32,000 bases of DNA, taken from Candidatus Methanophagaceae archaeon (GTDB taxonomy: Archaea > Halobacteriota > Syntropharchaeia > Alkanophagales > Methanospirareceae). The position numbers and the translations under genes were made by a program. Where the stretch lies: positions 730,444 through 762,443 of the forward strand of contig PQXB01000001.1 of the NCBI GenBank assembly GCA_003194425.1, read 5' to 3'. The notes beneath the pieces were generated by a model. The model searched no databases and was not told the DNA's origin. It was given only the letters and a program-made list of their open reading frames with translations. Positions 15,062 to 24,280 of the stretch are shown piece by piece (position 1 is the first letter of the stretch; every line of letters begins with the position of its first letter).

Positions 15062-15077
15062 AGAAAACCTTTTAAAG
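15062..15077 (+). promoter_or_regulatory. BRE/TATA promoter of the cytochrome gene
   Basis: agaaaac-cttttaaag, with the TATA ending 31 nt upstream of ATG 15108. The architecture matches the sirC promoter. Confidence 0.45.
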
Positions 15078-15107
15078 ACCTGCACTCAAATATGATTGTG
15101 ATGTAAA

Positions 15108-15683
15108 ATGGATAAGAAAATAGTGGCTATGGTTGTAGTCGCGATAGCGGCGATAGGAATAATGGCGGGCTGTGTGGAGAAGCCAACGCCGACGCCTGGG
15201 CCTACACCGACGGAGAAGTCGGAGGAGGAGGCGCCAACCCCGGAAGCGGTGTCGCCTGTAGTGACGCCTGCGCCCACGCCAGAGGAGGAGCTACCAACAA
15301 AGCTACCAACAAAAACGGCAACCTCTTGTGATATGTGCCACAAGACGGAGAGTACGGCTAACTTAAAGGCACACGTAGAGGGCGAAAAGTCGTGTATGGG
15401 GTCTGGAATCGGCTCTTGTCATTCTGGAGAGAAATATGGGGGGGCGGATGCCAATGTGCATACAATCCATCCACCCGAGGCTGTTGGATGTGCGGGATGT
15501 CACGGCAAGATTCCCTCGATCCCTGAAAAAGGGCCTGGTGGCACGACTTGTGAAATGTGCCACGGTTTGCCAAATCCTTTGGAACCGAGCGAGGGGCGTC
15601 TCGTAGAAATACACTTGGGCAGAGGCAGAGACTGCACGGTTTGCCATGTCGGCGAAATATCGGAGATACACGGGCTGAACTAA
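15108..15683 (+). CDS. lipobox-anchored multihaem c-type cytochrome (4 CxxCH + 1 possible Cx7CH)
   Basis: 191-aa ORF. Signal/lipobox MDKKIVAMVVVAIAAIGIMAGC. Pro/Thr/Glu-rich linker. Haem motifs CDMCH (15327-15341), CAGCH, CEMCH and CTVCH, plus CMGSGIGSCH. Five further His residues (H89, H118, H121, H169, H188). Confidence 0.75.
   Translation: MDKKIVAMVVVAIAAIGIMAGCVEKPTPTPGPTPTEKSEEEAPTPEAVSPVVTPAPTPEEELPTKLPTKTATSCDMCHKTESTANLKAHVEGEKSCMGSGIGSCHSGEKYGGADANVHTIHPPEAVGCAGCHGKIPSIPEKGPGGTTCEMCHGLPNPLEPSEGRLVEIHLGRGRDCTVCHVGEISEIHGLN
15291..15314. repeat. 2 x 12-nt in-frame repeat (ctaccaacaaag/ctaccaacaaaa; LPTK LPTK)
   Basis: Copies at 15291 and 15303, in the linker of the cytochrome. Confidence 0.85.
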
Positions 15684-15693
15684 CAGCCTGTGT

Positions 15694-15705
15694 CTTTTTT
15701 TATTT
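15694..15705 (+). terminator. oligo-T tract (archaeal-type terminator candidate) after the cytochrome gene
   Basis: ctttttttattt begins 11 nt after the stop codon at 15681-15683. Confidence 0.4.
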
Positions 15706-15783
15706 CCCTACGCAGTGATTTTCTTGCGTTTTATGATTTGTTGAAGTCTTTTAGTGCAGGCGTCTTTTAAAAAGTAAAACGCG

Positions 15784-17037
15784 ATGCGAGGAGAATTTAG
15801 ACTTTTAGGCGAGAAGGTCGTTGTAACAGGGTTGGAAGGAGCAGAAGCGGACCTCGTTGGTAAGGGCTACGGCAGGAAGAAGGACAGGTTGGAGTTGTCG
15901 CTCGAGGAGGCGGCTTTTCTGCTTGAGACTGGGCGGCTGCAAATAAAACAACTAAATTTTAAGGAGTTCTTGGAGCGTGCGTTGAGCGTCTCGCCGAGGT
16001 TCGGGGTGCGGTACCTCGTTTACCGGGACTTGAAAGATCGGGGGTACGCGGTGCAGCCCGCTGGCGGTGGTGGCGGCCGTGGTGGCGGCCGTGGTGGCGG
16101 CCGTGGTGGTGGCGGGGTCGGTTTTTGGCTTTACCCCAGGGGCGCCAAGCCTGGTGAGAAGCCCGCAAAATATTTTATTCGTATTTTTTCTGAACTGGAT
16201 TTTTTAGCGTTAAGCGAGTTGGGGGAACTGCTTGCTTTGGCTGAAAATATGAGGAAAGAGTCAATTCTGGCGGTTGTGGACGCCGAGAGCGACGTTACTT
16301 ACTACGAACTGAAAGAGGCGAAGTTTGAGGGACTTCAGGGCGAGAAGAAAGCGGGAAAAAGAGAACGAGGGGAAGAGGAGCAGGAAGAAGAGCAGGAAGA
16401 AGAGCAGGAAGTGGAGCAGGAAGTGGAGCAGGAAGAAGAGCAGGGAAAGGAAGAGAAGAAGAAAGCAAAAGTGAGTCTGCTCGGGGACAGGGTTGTCCTG
16501 TTGGATTCGGGTTTGGCGGAAAGCCTTTACAAGAAGCATTTTTACGGCAAACTGACGAAGGAGAGGAGGCTGCTGCTCTCGTTTGTTGAAGCGACTTACT
16601 TGTCGAAGGCAGGGCTACTGGAGACGAGCTTCAAGCAGTTCGTCGAGCACGCGACCGCGGTAGAGAGCGATTTTTTGGAGAAGTACGCTGTTTACGAGGA
16701 TTTGAGGGCGAACGGGTTGGTAGTGAAGACCGGCTTCAAGTTCGGCTCGCACTTCAGGGTTTACAAAGCAGGACAACAGAAACACTCCTCGTACTTAATT
16801 CACGTGCTTCCCAAGGAGCATATTTTTTCACTCCCCGAACTCTCGAGGGCGGTGCGGCTGGCACACGGCGTGCGGAAGCGGATGATTTTCGCTCATCAAA
16901 ATTTTAGAGAACAAACTTTTAGAAAAAGTTTGATCAAAAGCAACAACGCTTCGCTGCAACCTTTTAGAAAAAGTTTGATTAAAAATGCTTCGCTGCAAAA
17001 GGTTTTTTATGTAGAGGTAGGAAGGAAAAAGTTGTAA
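15784..17037 (+). CDS. endA: tRNA-splicing endonuclease, two-repeat (alpha-prime-2, Archaeoglobus-like) form
   Basis: 417-aa ORF. The N-terminal degenerate repeat has FGVRYLVYRDLKDRGYAVQP. The C-terminal catalytic repeat has YAVYEDLRANGLVVKTGFKFGSHFRVYK...HSSYLIHV. Three repeat inserts expand it beyond the roughly 300 aa I recall for this form. Confidence 0.85.
   Translation: MRGEFRLLGEKVVVTGLEGAEADLVGKGYGRKKDRLELSLEEAAFLLETGRLQIKQLNFKEFLERALSVSPRFGVRYLVYRDLKDRGYAVQPAGGGGGRGGGRGGGRGGGGVGFWLYPRGAKPGEKPAKYFIRIFSELDFLALSELGELLALAENMRKESILAVVDAESDVTYYELKEAKFEGLQGEKKAGKRERGEEEQEEEQEEEQEVEQEVEQEEEQGKEEKKKAKVSLLGDRVVLLDSGLAESLYKKHFYGKLTKERRLLLSFVEATYLSKAGLLETSFKQFVEHATAVESDFLEKYAVYEDLRANGLVVKTGFKFGSHFRVYKAGQQKHSSYLIHVLPKEHIFSLPELSRAVRLAHGVRKRMIFAHQNFREQTFRKSLIKSNNASLQPFRKSLIKNASLQKVFYVEVGRKKL
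16069..16104. repeat. 3 x 12-nt perfect in-frame repeat (ggtggcggccgt; GGGR) giving GGGGRGGGRGGGRGGGG
   Basis: Units at 16069, 16081 and 16093 are identical, with degenerate G-rich flanks over 16063-16116. Confidence 0.9.
16378..16449. repeat. 6 x 12-nt in-frame repeat (gagcaggaagaa / gagcaggaagtg; EQEE/EQEV)
   Basis: Units at 16378, 16390, 16402, 16414, 16426 and 16438. Confidence 0.9.
16916..16999. repeat. 45-nt + 39-nt AT-rich in-frame tandem duplication (TFRKSLIKSNNASLQ / PFRKSLIK--NASLQ) near the EndA C-terminus
   Basis: cttttagaaaaagtttgatcaaaagcaacaacgcttcgctgcaac (16916-16960) versus cttttagaaaaagtttgattaaaaatgcttcgctgcaaaa (16961-16999). Confidence 0.85.
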
Positions 17038-17044
17038 GGAAAAA

Positions 17045-19639
17045 ATGAGGATATATAAATCTGAAGTGGAAGGAGGGTGCGGGGTCGTAGGTTTCGCGTC
17101 CACGATTCCAGTCAAGGGAAAGCACATTTTTAAACCCGCGATTCAAATGCACAACCGTGGCAACGGAAAAGGAGGCGGAATCGCAGCGGTCGGACTCTCA
17201 CACGACGACCTCGGCGTCTCGGCGGCGGTGCTGAAAAACGACTACCTGCTCCAAATTGCACTGCTTGACTCTGAAGCCCGCAGCGAGTTGGAGGAGGAGT
17301 TCGTAACGCCTTTTCTGGTCGTTGACAAGTCGGAGCGGGTGCCGACCGTCTCGGACTCAGACTACCGCGAAGTGGCGGGGTTGGAGTCGTTAGAGACGAA
17401 ACCGCCGGAGGTGTGGCGGTATTTTGTTCGGGTCAAGGAGGCAGTGCTTGACGAGTTCGTGAGAGAGAAGAGGTTGGAGGGTCTGGACAGAAGGCGGGCA
17501 GAAGACGAATTCGTCTACCAAAACAGTTTCAAGATTAACACGAAGTTCTACGCAGCACTCGGTTCGCTCGGCGAGAAGCGGGCGTTCGTGCTTTCGCACG
17601 GCAGGAATTTGATGATTTTTAAAATCGTCGGCTACGCGGAGGAGATTGTGCGGTACTACAAACTTGAGGATTTCCGCGCTCACATTTGGATCGCACACCA
17701 ACGTTACCCCACGAAGGGCAGGGTCTGGCACCCAGGCGGAGCGCACCCGTTTTCGGGAATGCACGAGGCTCTCGTTCACAACGGCGATTTCGCAAACTAC
17801 CACTCCGTAGTGGAATACCTTGAGCAGCGGGGCAGGCGTCCTCTTTTCCTGACCGACACAGAGGTCTCGGTTCTGCTCTTTGACTTGCTAAATCGGGAGT
17901 ACGGCTACCCGCTGGAGTACATTATCGAGGCGATGTCGCCGACGACCGAGTTGGATTTTGACCGGCTACCCGCGGAGAAGCAGCGGACGTACCACGCCGT
18001 TCAGACGACGCACATTCACGGCTCGCCCGACGGACCTTGGTTTTTTATAATCGCGAGAAACGAGCCTTACGAAGACTACTTCCAGTTGATTGGGATTACG
18101 GACACTGCAATGCTACGACCGCAGGTGTTTGCGCTTGTAGAGGCGGAAGAGGTCCAGATCGGTCTGATCGCGTCCGAGAAGCAGGCAATTGACGCAACAC
18201 TCAAGAGCCTCGCAGATGAGGACAAGAGGTTCCCCGCGGTTGCGGACAAGTACTGGAATGCGCGCGGTGGGAGCTACACCGACGGCGGTGCTTTTATTTT
18301 CACGATAAAAAATGGAGAACTTGAATGCACCAACAAGTTCGGCGAGGTCGTGAAAACGCCAGAGGGTCAGAGGCACTGCGACTTCACAAAACCGGTCTCG
18401 CCACCTTCCCAACTGCAAGATGCCTGCGGTGGGCAAGATGCCTGCGGTGGAGGAGAAAAATTGAAGAACCCGCTAAAGTTGTTCGAGTTCTTGAAAAACG
18501 GCGTTAAAGAGTGGGACTGCAACAAACTACGCAGGACGGTGGCGGGGCTTGCGGAGTTTGCAGTTGCAACTCGAGACGAGCGGAGCAAAGCGGTTGTGAT
18601 TGAGGGTTTAACGCTCCTTAACGACCGCAGGTACGAGACAGGGGACAAGAAGCGGAGTTCGGTGCTCCAAATTGTAAACGAGGCTCTTTGCAGGATTTTT
18701 GACGCTACGCCGGCGGTGGAGGAGAGGAGCGCGGGTGCGGGTAGTTACCACCTGGTTCGCTGGTCGAATCGGGACCGTCTGCGTTTAAGACCGCCGGAGA
18801 GAGAAGACGACATTTTGGTTGTAAACGCAGCAGGGTTTCCGCCAGAAGGGGCAGAGAGCGACGCACGGCTTCTCGTGAAGGCTTACAAGCAGGGCTGGAA
18901 AAAATTCGTCGTCTACAACGCACAGGGGCAGCGTTTCTGCGGCTCCGGGTTAGGTCCCGGGACGGCAGGCGTGCGAATTGACGTTTACGGCAGCTCCGGC
19001 GACTACCTCGGCTCTTCGATGGACGGTGCAGAGATTTACGTGCACGGGAGCGGGCAAGACCAGCTCGGGCAGATTTTGAAGAGCGGCAAACTCGTTGTCT
19101 TCGGCGACGTCGGACAGACTTTCCTGTACGGAGCCAAGGGTGGCGAAGCGTTCGTGCAGGGAAACGCAGCAGGCAGACCGCTGATAAACGCGGTGGGGAA
19201 GCCGCGAGTTGTAATTAACGGGACTTGCCTCGACTACTTGGCGGAGTCGTTTATGGCTGGCGACCCGCTGAACGGCGGCGGGTTCGTCGTCGTGAACGGG
19301 CTTGAACCTGATGAAAACGGTCGTTTTAAAGAGCAGGAGACTCCTTACCCGGGTTCAAATCTCTTCTCGCTCGCCTCGGGCGGTGCGATTTATGTTCGAG
19401 ACCCGCACTGCAAACTGGTGGAGGAGCAGTTAAACGGCGGCGAGTTCGCGGTTCTTACGCCGGAGGACTGGGAGCTAATTTTGCCGTATTTAAAAGAGAA
19501 CGAGCGACTTTTTGGCGTCTCGGTCGAGAACGACCTTCTGGTGGTGGACGGGGCGCGGAGAACGCCGCAGGAGGTGTTCAGGAAGGTTAGACCAGTGAAG
19601 ACCGCGGTTCTTGTGGAGTGCAAGAAGGCGGAGGATTAA
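17045..19639 (+). CDS. class-II (Ntn) glutamine amidotransferase fused to a GXGXG (GltB C-terminal-like) domain; glutamate-synthase-related, no FMN domain
   Basis: 864-aa ORF. Putative 11-residue propeptide, then the nucleophile Cys in EGGCGVVGFAS. HQRYPTKG...HPF...LVHNGDFANY. C-terminal GXGXG-type repeats VYGSSGDYLGSSMDGAEIYVHGSGQDQLGQILKSGKLVVFGDVGQTFLYGAKGGEAFVQGNAAGRP. Confidence 0.65.
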   Translation: MRIYKSEVEGGCGVVGFASTIPVKGKHIFKPAIQMHNRGNGKGGGIAAVGLSHDDLGVSAAVLKNDYLLQIALLDSEARSELEEEFVTPFLVVDKSERVPTVSDSDYREVAGLESLETKPPEVWRYFVRVKEAVLDEFVREKRLEGLDRRRAEDEFVYQNSFKINTKFYAALGSLGEKRAFVLSHGRNLMIFKIVGYAEEIVRYYKLEDFRAHIWIAHQRYPTKGRVWHPGGAHPFSGMHEALVHNGDFANYHSVVEYLEQRGRRPLFLTDTEVSVLLFDLLNREYGYPLEYIIEAMSPTTELDFDRLPAEKQRTYHAVQTTHIHGSPDGPWFFIIARNEPYEDYFQLIGITDTAMLRPQVFALVEAEEVQIGLIASEKQAIDATLKSLADEDKRFPAVADKYWNARGGSYTDGGAFIFTIKNGELECTNKFGEVVKTPEGQRHCDFTKPVSPPSQLQDACGGQDACGGGEKLKNPLKLFEFLKNGVKEWDCNKLRRTVAGLAEFAVATRDERSKAVVIEGLTLLNDRRYETGDKKRSSVLQIVNEALCRIFDATPAVEERSAGAGSYHLVRWSNRDRLRLRPPEREDDILVVNAAGFPPEGAESDARLLVKAYKQGWKKFVVYNAQGQRFCGSGLGPGTAGVRIDVYGSSGDYLGSSMDGAEIYVHGSGQDQLGQILKSGKLVVFGDVGQTFLYGAKGGEAFVQGNAAGRPLINAVGKPRVVINGTCLDYLAESFMAGDPLNGGGFVVVNGLEPDENGRFKEQETPYPGSNLFSLASGGAIYVRDPHCKLVEEQLNGGEFAVLTPEDWELILPYLKENERLFGVSVENDLLVVDGARRTPQEVFRKVRPVKTAVLVECKKAED
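18416..18451. repeat. 2 x 18-nt in-frame repeat (caagatgcctgcggtggg; QDACGG)
   Basis: Copies at 18416 and 18434 differ at one base. Confidence 0.9.
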
Positions 19640-19642
19640 GGA

Positions 19643-21049
19643 GTGAAGAAAAGAGAGAAAATGTTTGAAACCGAGAGGATAAGAGCGGATTTCGCGATTT
19701 TGAAAAGCGGGGTAATTTATTTGGACAGTGCAGCGACGAGTCTGACGCCCGAGCCTGTTTTAGACGCGGTCTTGGAGTACTACAGGGACTACAACGCGAA
19801 CATTGGTCGCGGTCTGCACAGACTAACGCGGAGAGCAACGCAGGAGTACGAGGAAGCACGCAGCAAGGTCGCACGGTTCATCGGAGCCGAGCCGCAGGAA
19901 CTCGTCTTCACAAAGAACACGACCGAAGGAATAAACTTGGTGGCGTCAGGACTTGGGTCTGGACTTGGATCTGGACTTGGACTTGGAAGCAGAGGGCTAA
20001 AGAAAGGCGACAAAGTTGTGGTCAGCCTCTTGGAGCACCACTCCAACCTCCTACCCTGGATTCGTGCAAAGAGCAGGTTTGAGGTAGATTTGGAGGTGGT
20101 GAAGCCAGAGCCAGAGGCAGAGCCAGAGTCAGAGCCAAAGGCAGCAGGAGAGGAAGCAGGAAAGGCAGGAGGAAAGGCAGCAGGAGAGGCAGGGGGGGGA
20201 GAAAAAGAATGCAGGCTTAAAATCTCGGACTTCGAGCGTGTAATCGACGAACGGACGAAAGTAGTGGCTGTAACGCAGGTCTCTAACGCACTTGGCTCGG
20301 TTCTGCCGGTAAAAGAAATCGCGAGGCTGTGCAAGGAGAACGGGGCTCTTCTGCTCGTTGACGCCGCTCAGTCAGTCCCGCACTTTCCGCTGAATGTGAA
20401 GGAGTTGGGGTGTGATTTCCTCGCGTTCTCTGGGCACAAAATGCTCGGTCCTACTGGAACCGGCGGCCTGTTCGTCAGGCAGGAGATTCTGGAAGAGGGA
20501 GAGAGAGAAGGAAAGGGAGTGGGAGGACTTGAGCCGCTGACGGTTGGTGGCGGAGCAGTAGAAGACGCTTCGTTTCTGGACTACCGTTTGAAAGCGGGCT
20601 GCGAGAAATTTGAGAGCGGCACGCAAAATATCGCGGGTGCGTTGGGTCTCGGTGCGGCGGTAGAATATTTAGAGAAAGTCGGAATGAAAAAGGTGAAGGC
20701 GCGGGAGGAGCGGCTGGCAAAGCAGCTCCTCAAGGGCTTGCAAGAACTGGAAGAGGAAGAAAGGAGTAATGTAGAGATTTACGGCTACAGAAACGGCAGC
20801 GGAACGGCGGCGGCAGGGGAAAGAATCGGAACTGTCTCTTTCAATCTGAAGGGGACGAGTCCAGACGAGGTTGCGTCAAGGTTGGACCGGGAAGCGAGCA
20901 TTGCCGTGAGGTCAGGGCACCACTGCTGCATTCCGCTAATGAAACATCTCGGGCTGGGTGCAGAAGGAACGGTCAGGGCGTCTGTGTATTTGTACAACAC
21001 CGAGGAGGAGGTGGAGAAATTCTTGGAGGCGGTGGAGAGTGCTTTTTGA
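19643..21049 (+). CDS. class-V aminotransferase / cysteine desulfurase (SufS/CsdA-like)
   Basis: 468-aa ORF starting at GTG 19643, with an alternative ATG at 19661 giving MFETERIRADFAIL. PLP-lysine motif FSGHKMLGPTGTGGL and catalytic-Cys loop RSGHHCC. It starts 3 nt after the upstream stop. Confidence 0.85.
   Translation: MKKREKMFETERIRADFAILKSGVIYLDSAATSLTPEPVLDAVLEYYRDYNANIGRGLHRLTRRATQEYEEARSKVARFIGAEPQELVFTKNTTEGINLVASGLGSGLGSGLGLGSRGLKKGDKVVVSLLEHHSNLLPWIRAKSRFEVDLEVVKPEPEAEPESEPKAAGEEAGKAGGKAAGEAGGGEKECRLKISDFERVIDERTKVVAVTQVSNALGSVLPVKEIARLCKENGALLLVDAAQSVPHFPLNVKELGCDFLAFSGHKMLGPTGTGGLFVRQEILEEGEREGKGVGGLEPLTVGGGAVEDASFLDYRLKAGCEKFESGTQNIAGALGLGAAVEYLEKVGMKKVKAREERLAKQLLKGLQELEEEERSNVEIYGYRNGSGTAAAGERIGTVSFNLKGTSPDEVASRLDREASIAVRSGHHCCIPLMKHLGLGAEGTVRASVYLYNTEEEVEKFLEAVESAF
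19949..19984. repeat. 3 x 12-nt in-frame repeat (ggacttgggtct; GLGS)
   Basis: Units at 19949, 19961 and 19973. Confidence 0.9.
20105..20198. repeat. 6 x 6-nt (ccagag family; PE PE AE PE SE PK) followed by a gcaggag/gcaggaaag tract (AAGEEAGKAGGKAAGEAGGG)
   Basis: Codon-aligned hexamers at 20105-20140, then a degenerate purine-rich repeat to about 20198. Confidence 0.8.
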
Positions 21050-21184
21050 GATACACGAAAGTGAGAATAGAATTGTAATTCTCGGGTTTAAGCACAAGGA
21101 CGAGATGTGTTAATCTTTGTTTTTGCTCTTGTTTCTCTCGCCTTCCTTCCTCTCCTCTTCGATTTTTTTCCTCCCTCCTCATCC

Positions 21185-23503
<2,319 letters not shown>

Positions 23504-23513
23504 TTCTTCGTTG

Positions 23514-23572
23514 CACCTCGTGGTTCTTGTCTTATTTGTTTTGTGTTTTTGTTTTGTGTTGTTTTATATAAA
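23514..23572 (-). promoter_or_regulatory. aEF-2 5' region: TATA box (tttatataaaac, 23561-23572) and Shine-Dalgarno-like GAGGTG (23514-23519)
   Basis: The minus strand reads tttatataaaac ...(about 40 nt)... gaggtgcaacgaagaaATG. The same AT-rich block read on the + strand (tttatataaa / tatttaaag) may serve tRNA-Asp. Confidence 0.45.
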
Positions 23573-23624
23573 GTATTTAAAGAAGCAAGTAGAAGAGAAA
23601 GAAGAGGCAAAGAAGAGAAAGAAT

Positions 23625-23697
23625 GCCCGGGTGGTGTAGAGGCCTATCATTGAGCCCTGTCGAGGCTCGGACTCGGGTTCAAATCCCGACCTGGGCG
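23625..23697 (+). tRNA. tRNA-Asp (anticodon GUC)
   Basis: GCCCGGGTGGTGTAGAGGCCTATCATTGAGCCCTGTCGAGGCTCGGACTCGGGTTCAAATCCCGACCTGGGCG. Acceptor GCCCGGG/CCTGGGC with one G-U pair, anticodon stem GAGCC/GGCTC with loop CTGTCGA, and T arm TCGGG-TTCAAAT-CCCGA. No intron and no CCA. Confidence 0.9.
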
Positions 23698-23810
23698 CTG
23701 AACCTTCCTTCTTTCCCTTCCCCCCTTTCCTTTTTCTTCCCTCCTTTCTCTTCTCCGTTCGCTCACGTCCCTGACAGAGTCGGAAGGAAATAATAAGAAA
23801 AGAAAAATTC

Positions 23811-23825
23811 CGTTAAATTTATATA
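23811..23825 (+). promoter_or_regulatory. BRE/TATA promoter of gar1 (leaderless spacing)
   Basis: cgttaaa-tttatata, with the TATA ending 25 nt upstream of ATG 23850. Confidence 0.5.
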
Positions 23826-23849
23826 CTTCTTTTATTTTTAGGTTTAATT

Positions 23850-24251
23850 ATGAAAAGAAAAGTTAGCGCACAATGTCAGGGGAACGCTAAACAGGGCGTT
23901 AAACAGGGCGTTAAACAGGGCGTTAAACAGGGCGTTAAGCAGGGGGCGAAGAGAGAAAAGCGGCAGGGGGAACTGGTAGAACTGGGCACCGTGCTTCACT
24001 TCGTAGACCGGAAATTGATCGTGCGGGGAAGTAGGAGACAGGGAAGCAAGACACGGGGAAAAGTAAGAGTGGAGCGAATCTTGAACGCAAGAGTTTTGGC
24101 AAGAGGCGTAACAGCGGAGAAGAAGAAAATTGGCAGAGTTCACGATATTTTCGGACCCGTAGACCACCCGTACTTCGCTGTAAAGAAATTTGCGGCGGTA
24201 AAAGAGGAAGAGCTGAGAGGGGTTGTCGGTAAGAAAATATTTGCTCTCTGA
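23850..24251 (+). CDS. gar1: H/ACA RNP component Gar1 with N-terminal basic repeat extension
   Basis: 133-aa ORF. The core LGTVLHFVDRKLIVRG...KIGRVHDIFGPVDHPYFAVK matches archaeal Gar1. About 45 N-terminal residues, including (KQGV)5, are extra. Confidence 0.75.
   Translation: MKRKVSAQCQGNAKQGVKQGVKQGVKQGVKQGAKREKRQGELVELGTVLHFVDRKLIVRGSRRQGSKTRGKVRVERILNARVLARGVTAEKKKIGRVHDIFGPVDHPYFAVKKFAAVKEEELRGVVGKKIFAL
23889..23948. repeat. 5 x 12-nt in-frame repeat (aaacagggcgtt; KQGV)
   Basis: Four identical units at 23889, 23901, 23913 and 23925, plus a degenerate unit at 23937. Confidence 0.9.
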
Positions 24252-24280
24252 AGTCTCGGAGCGAGCGTAGGAGTAAAAAA

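Noticed and set aside
21063-21083. Hairpin gagaat-N9-attctc between the convergent sufS-like and aEF-2 genes as a terminator
   Set aside because: It is only a 6-bp AT-rich stem. Archaeal termination relies mainly on oligo-T tracts, and one lies nearby at about 21114-21125 on the + strand. This is too weak to call as a feature.
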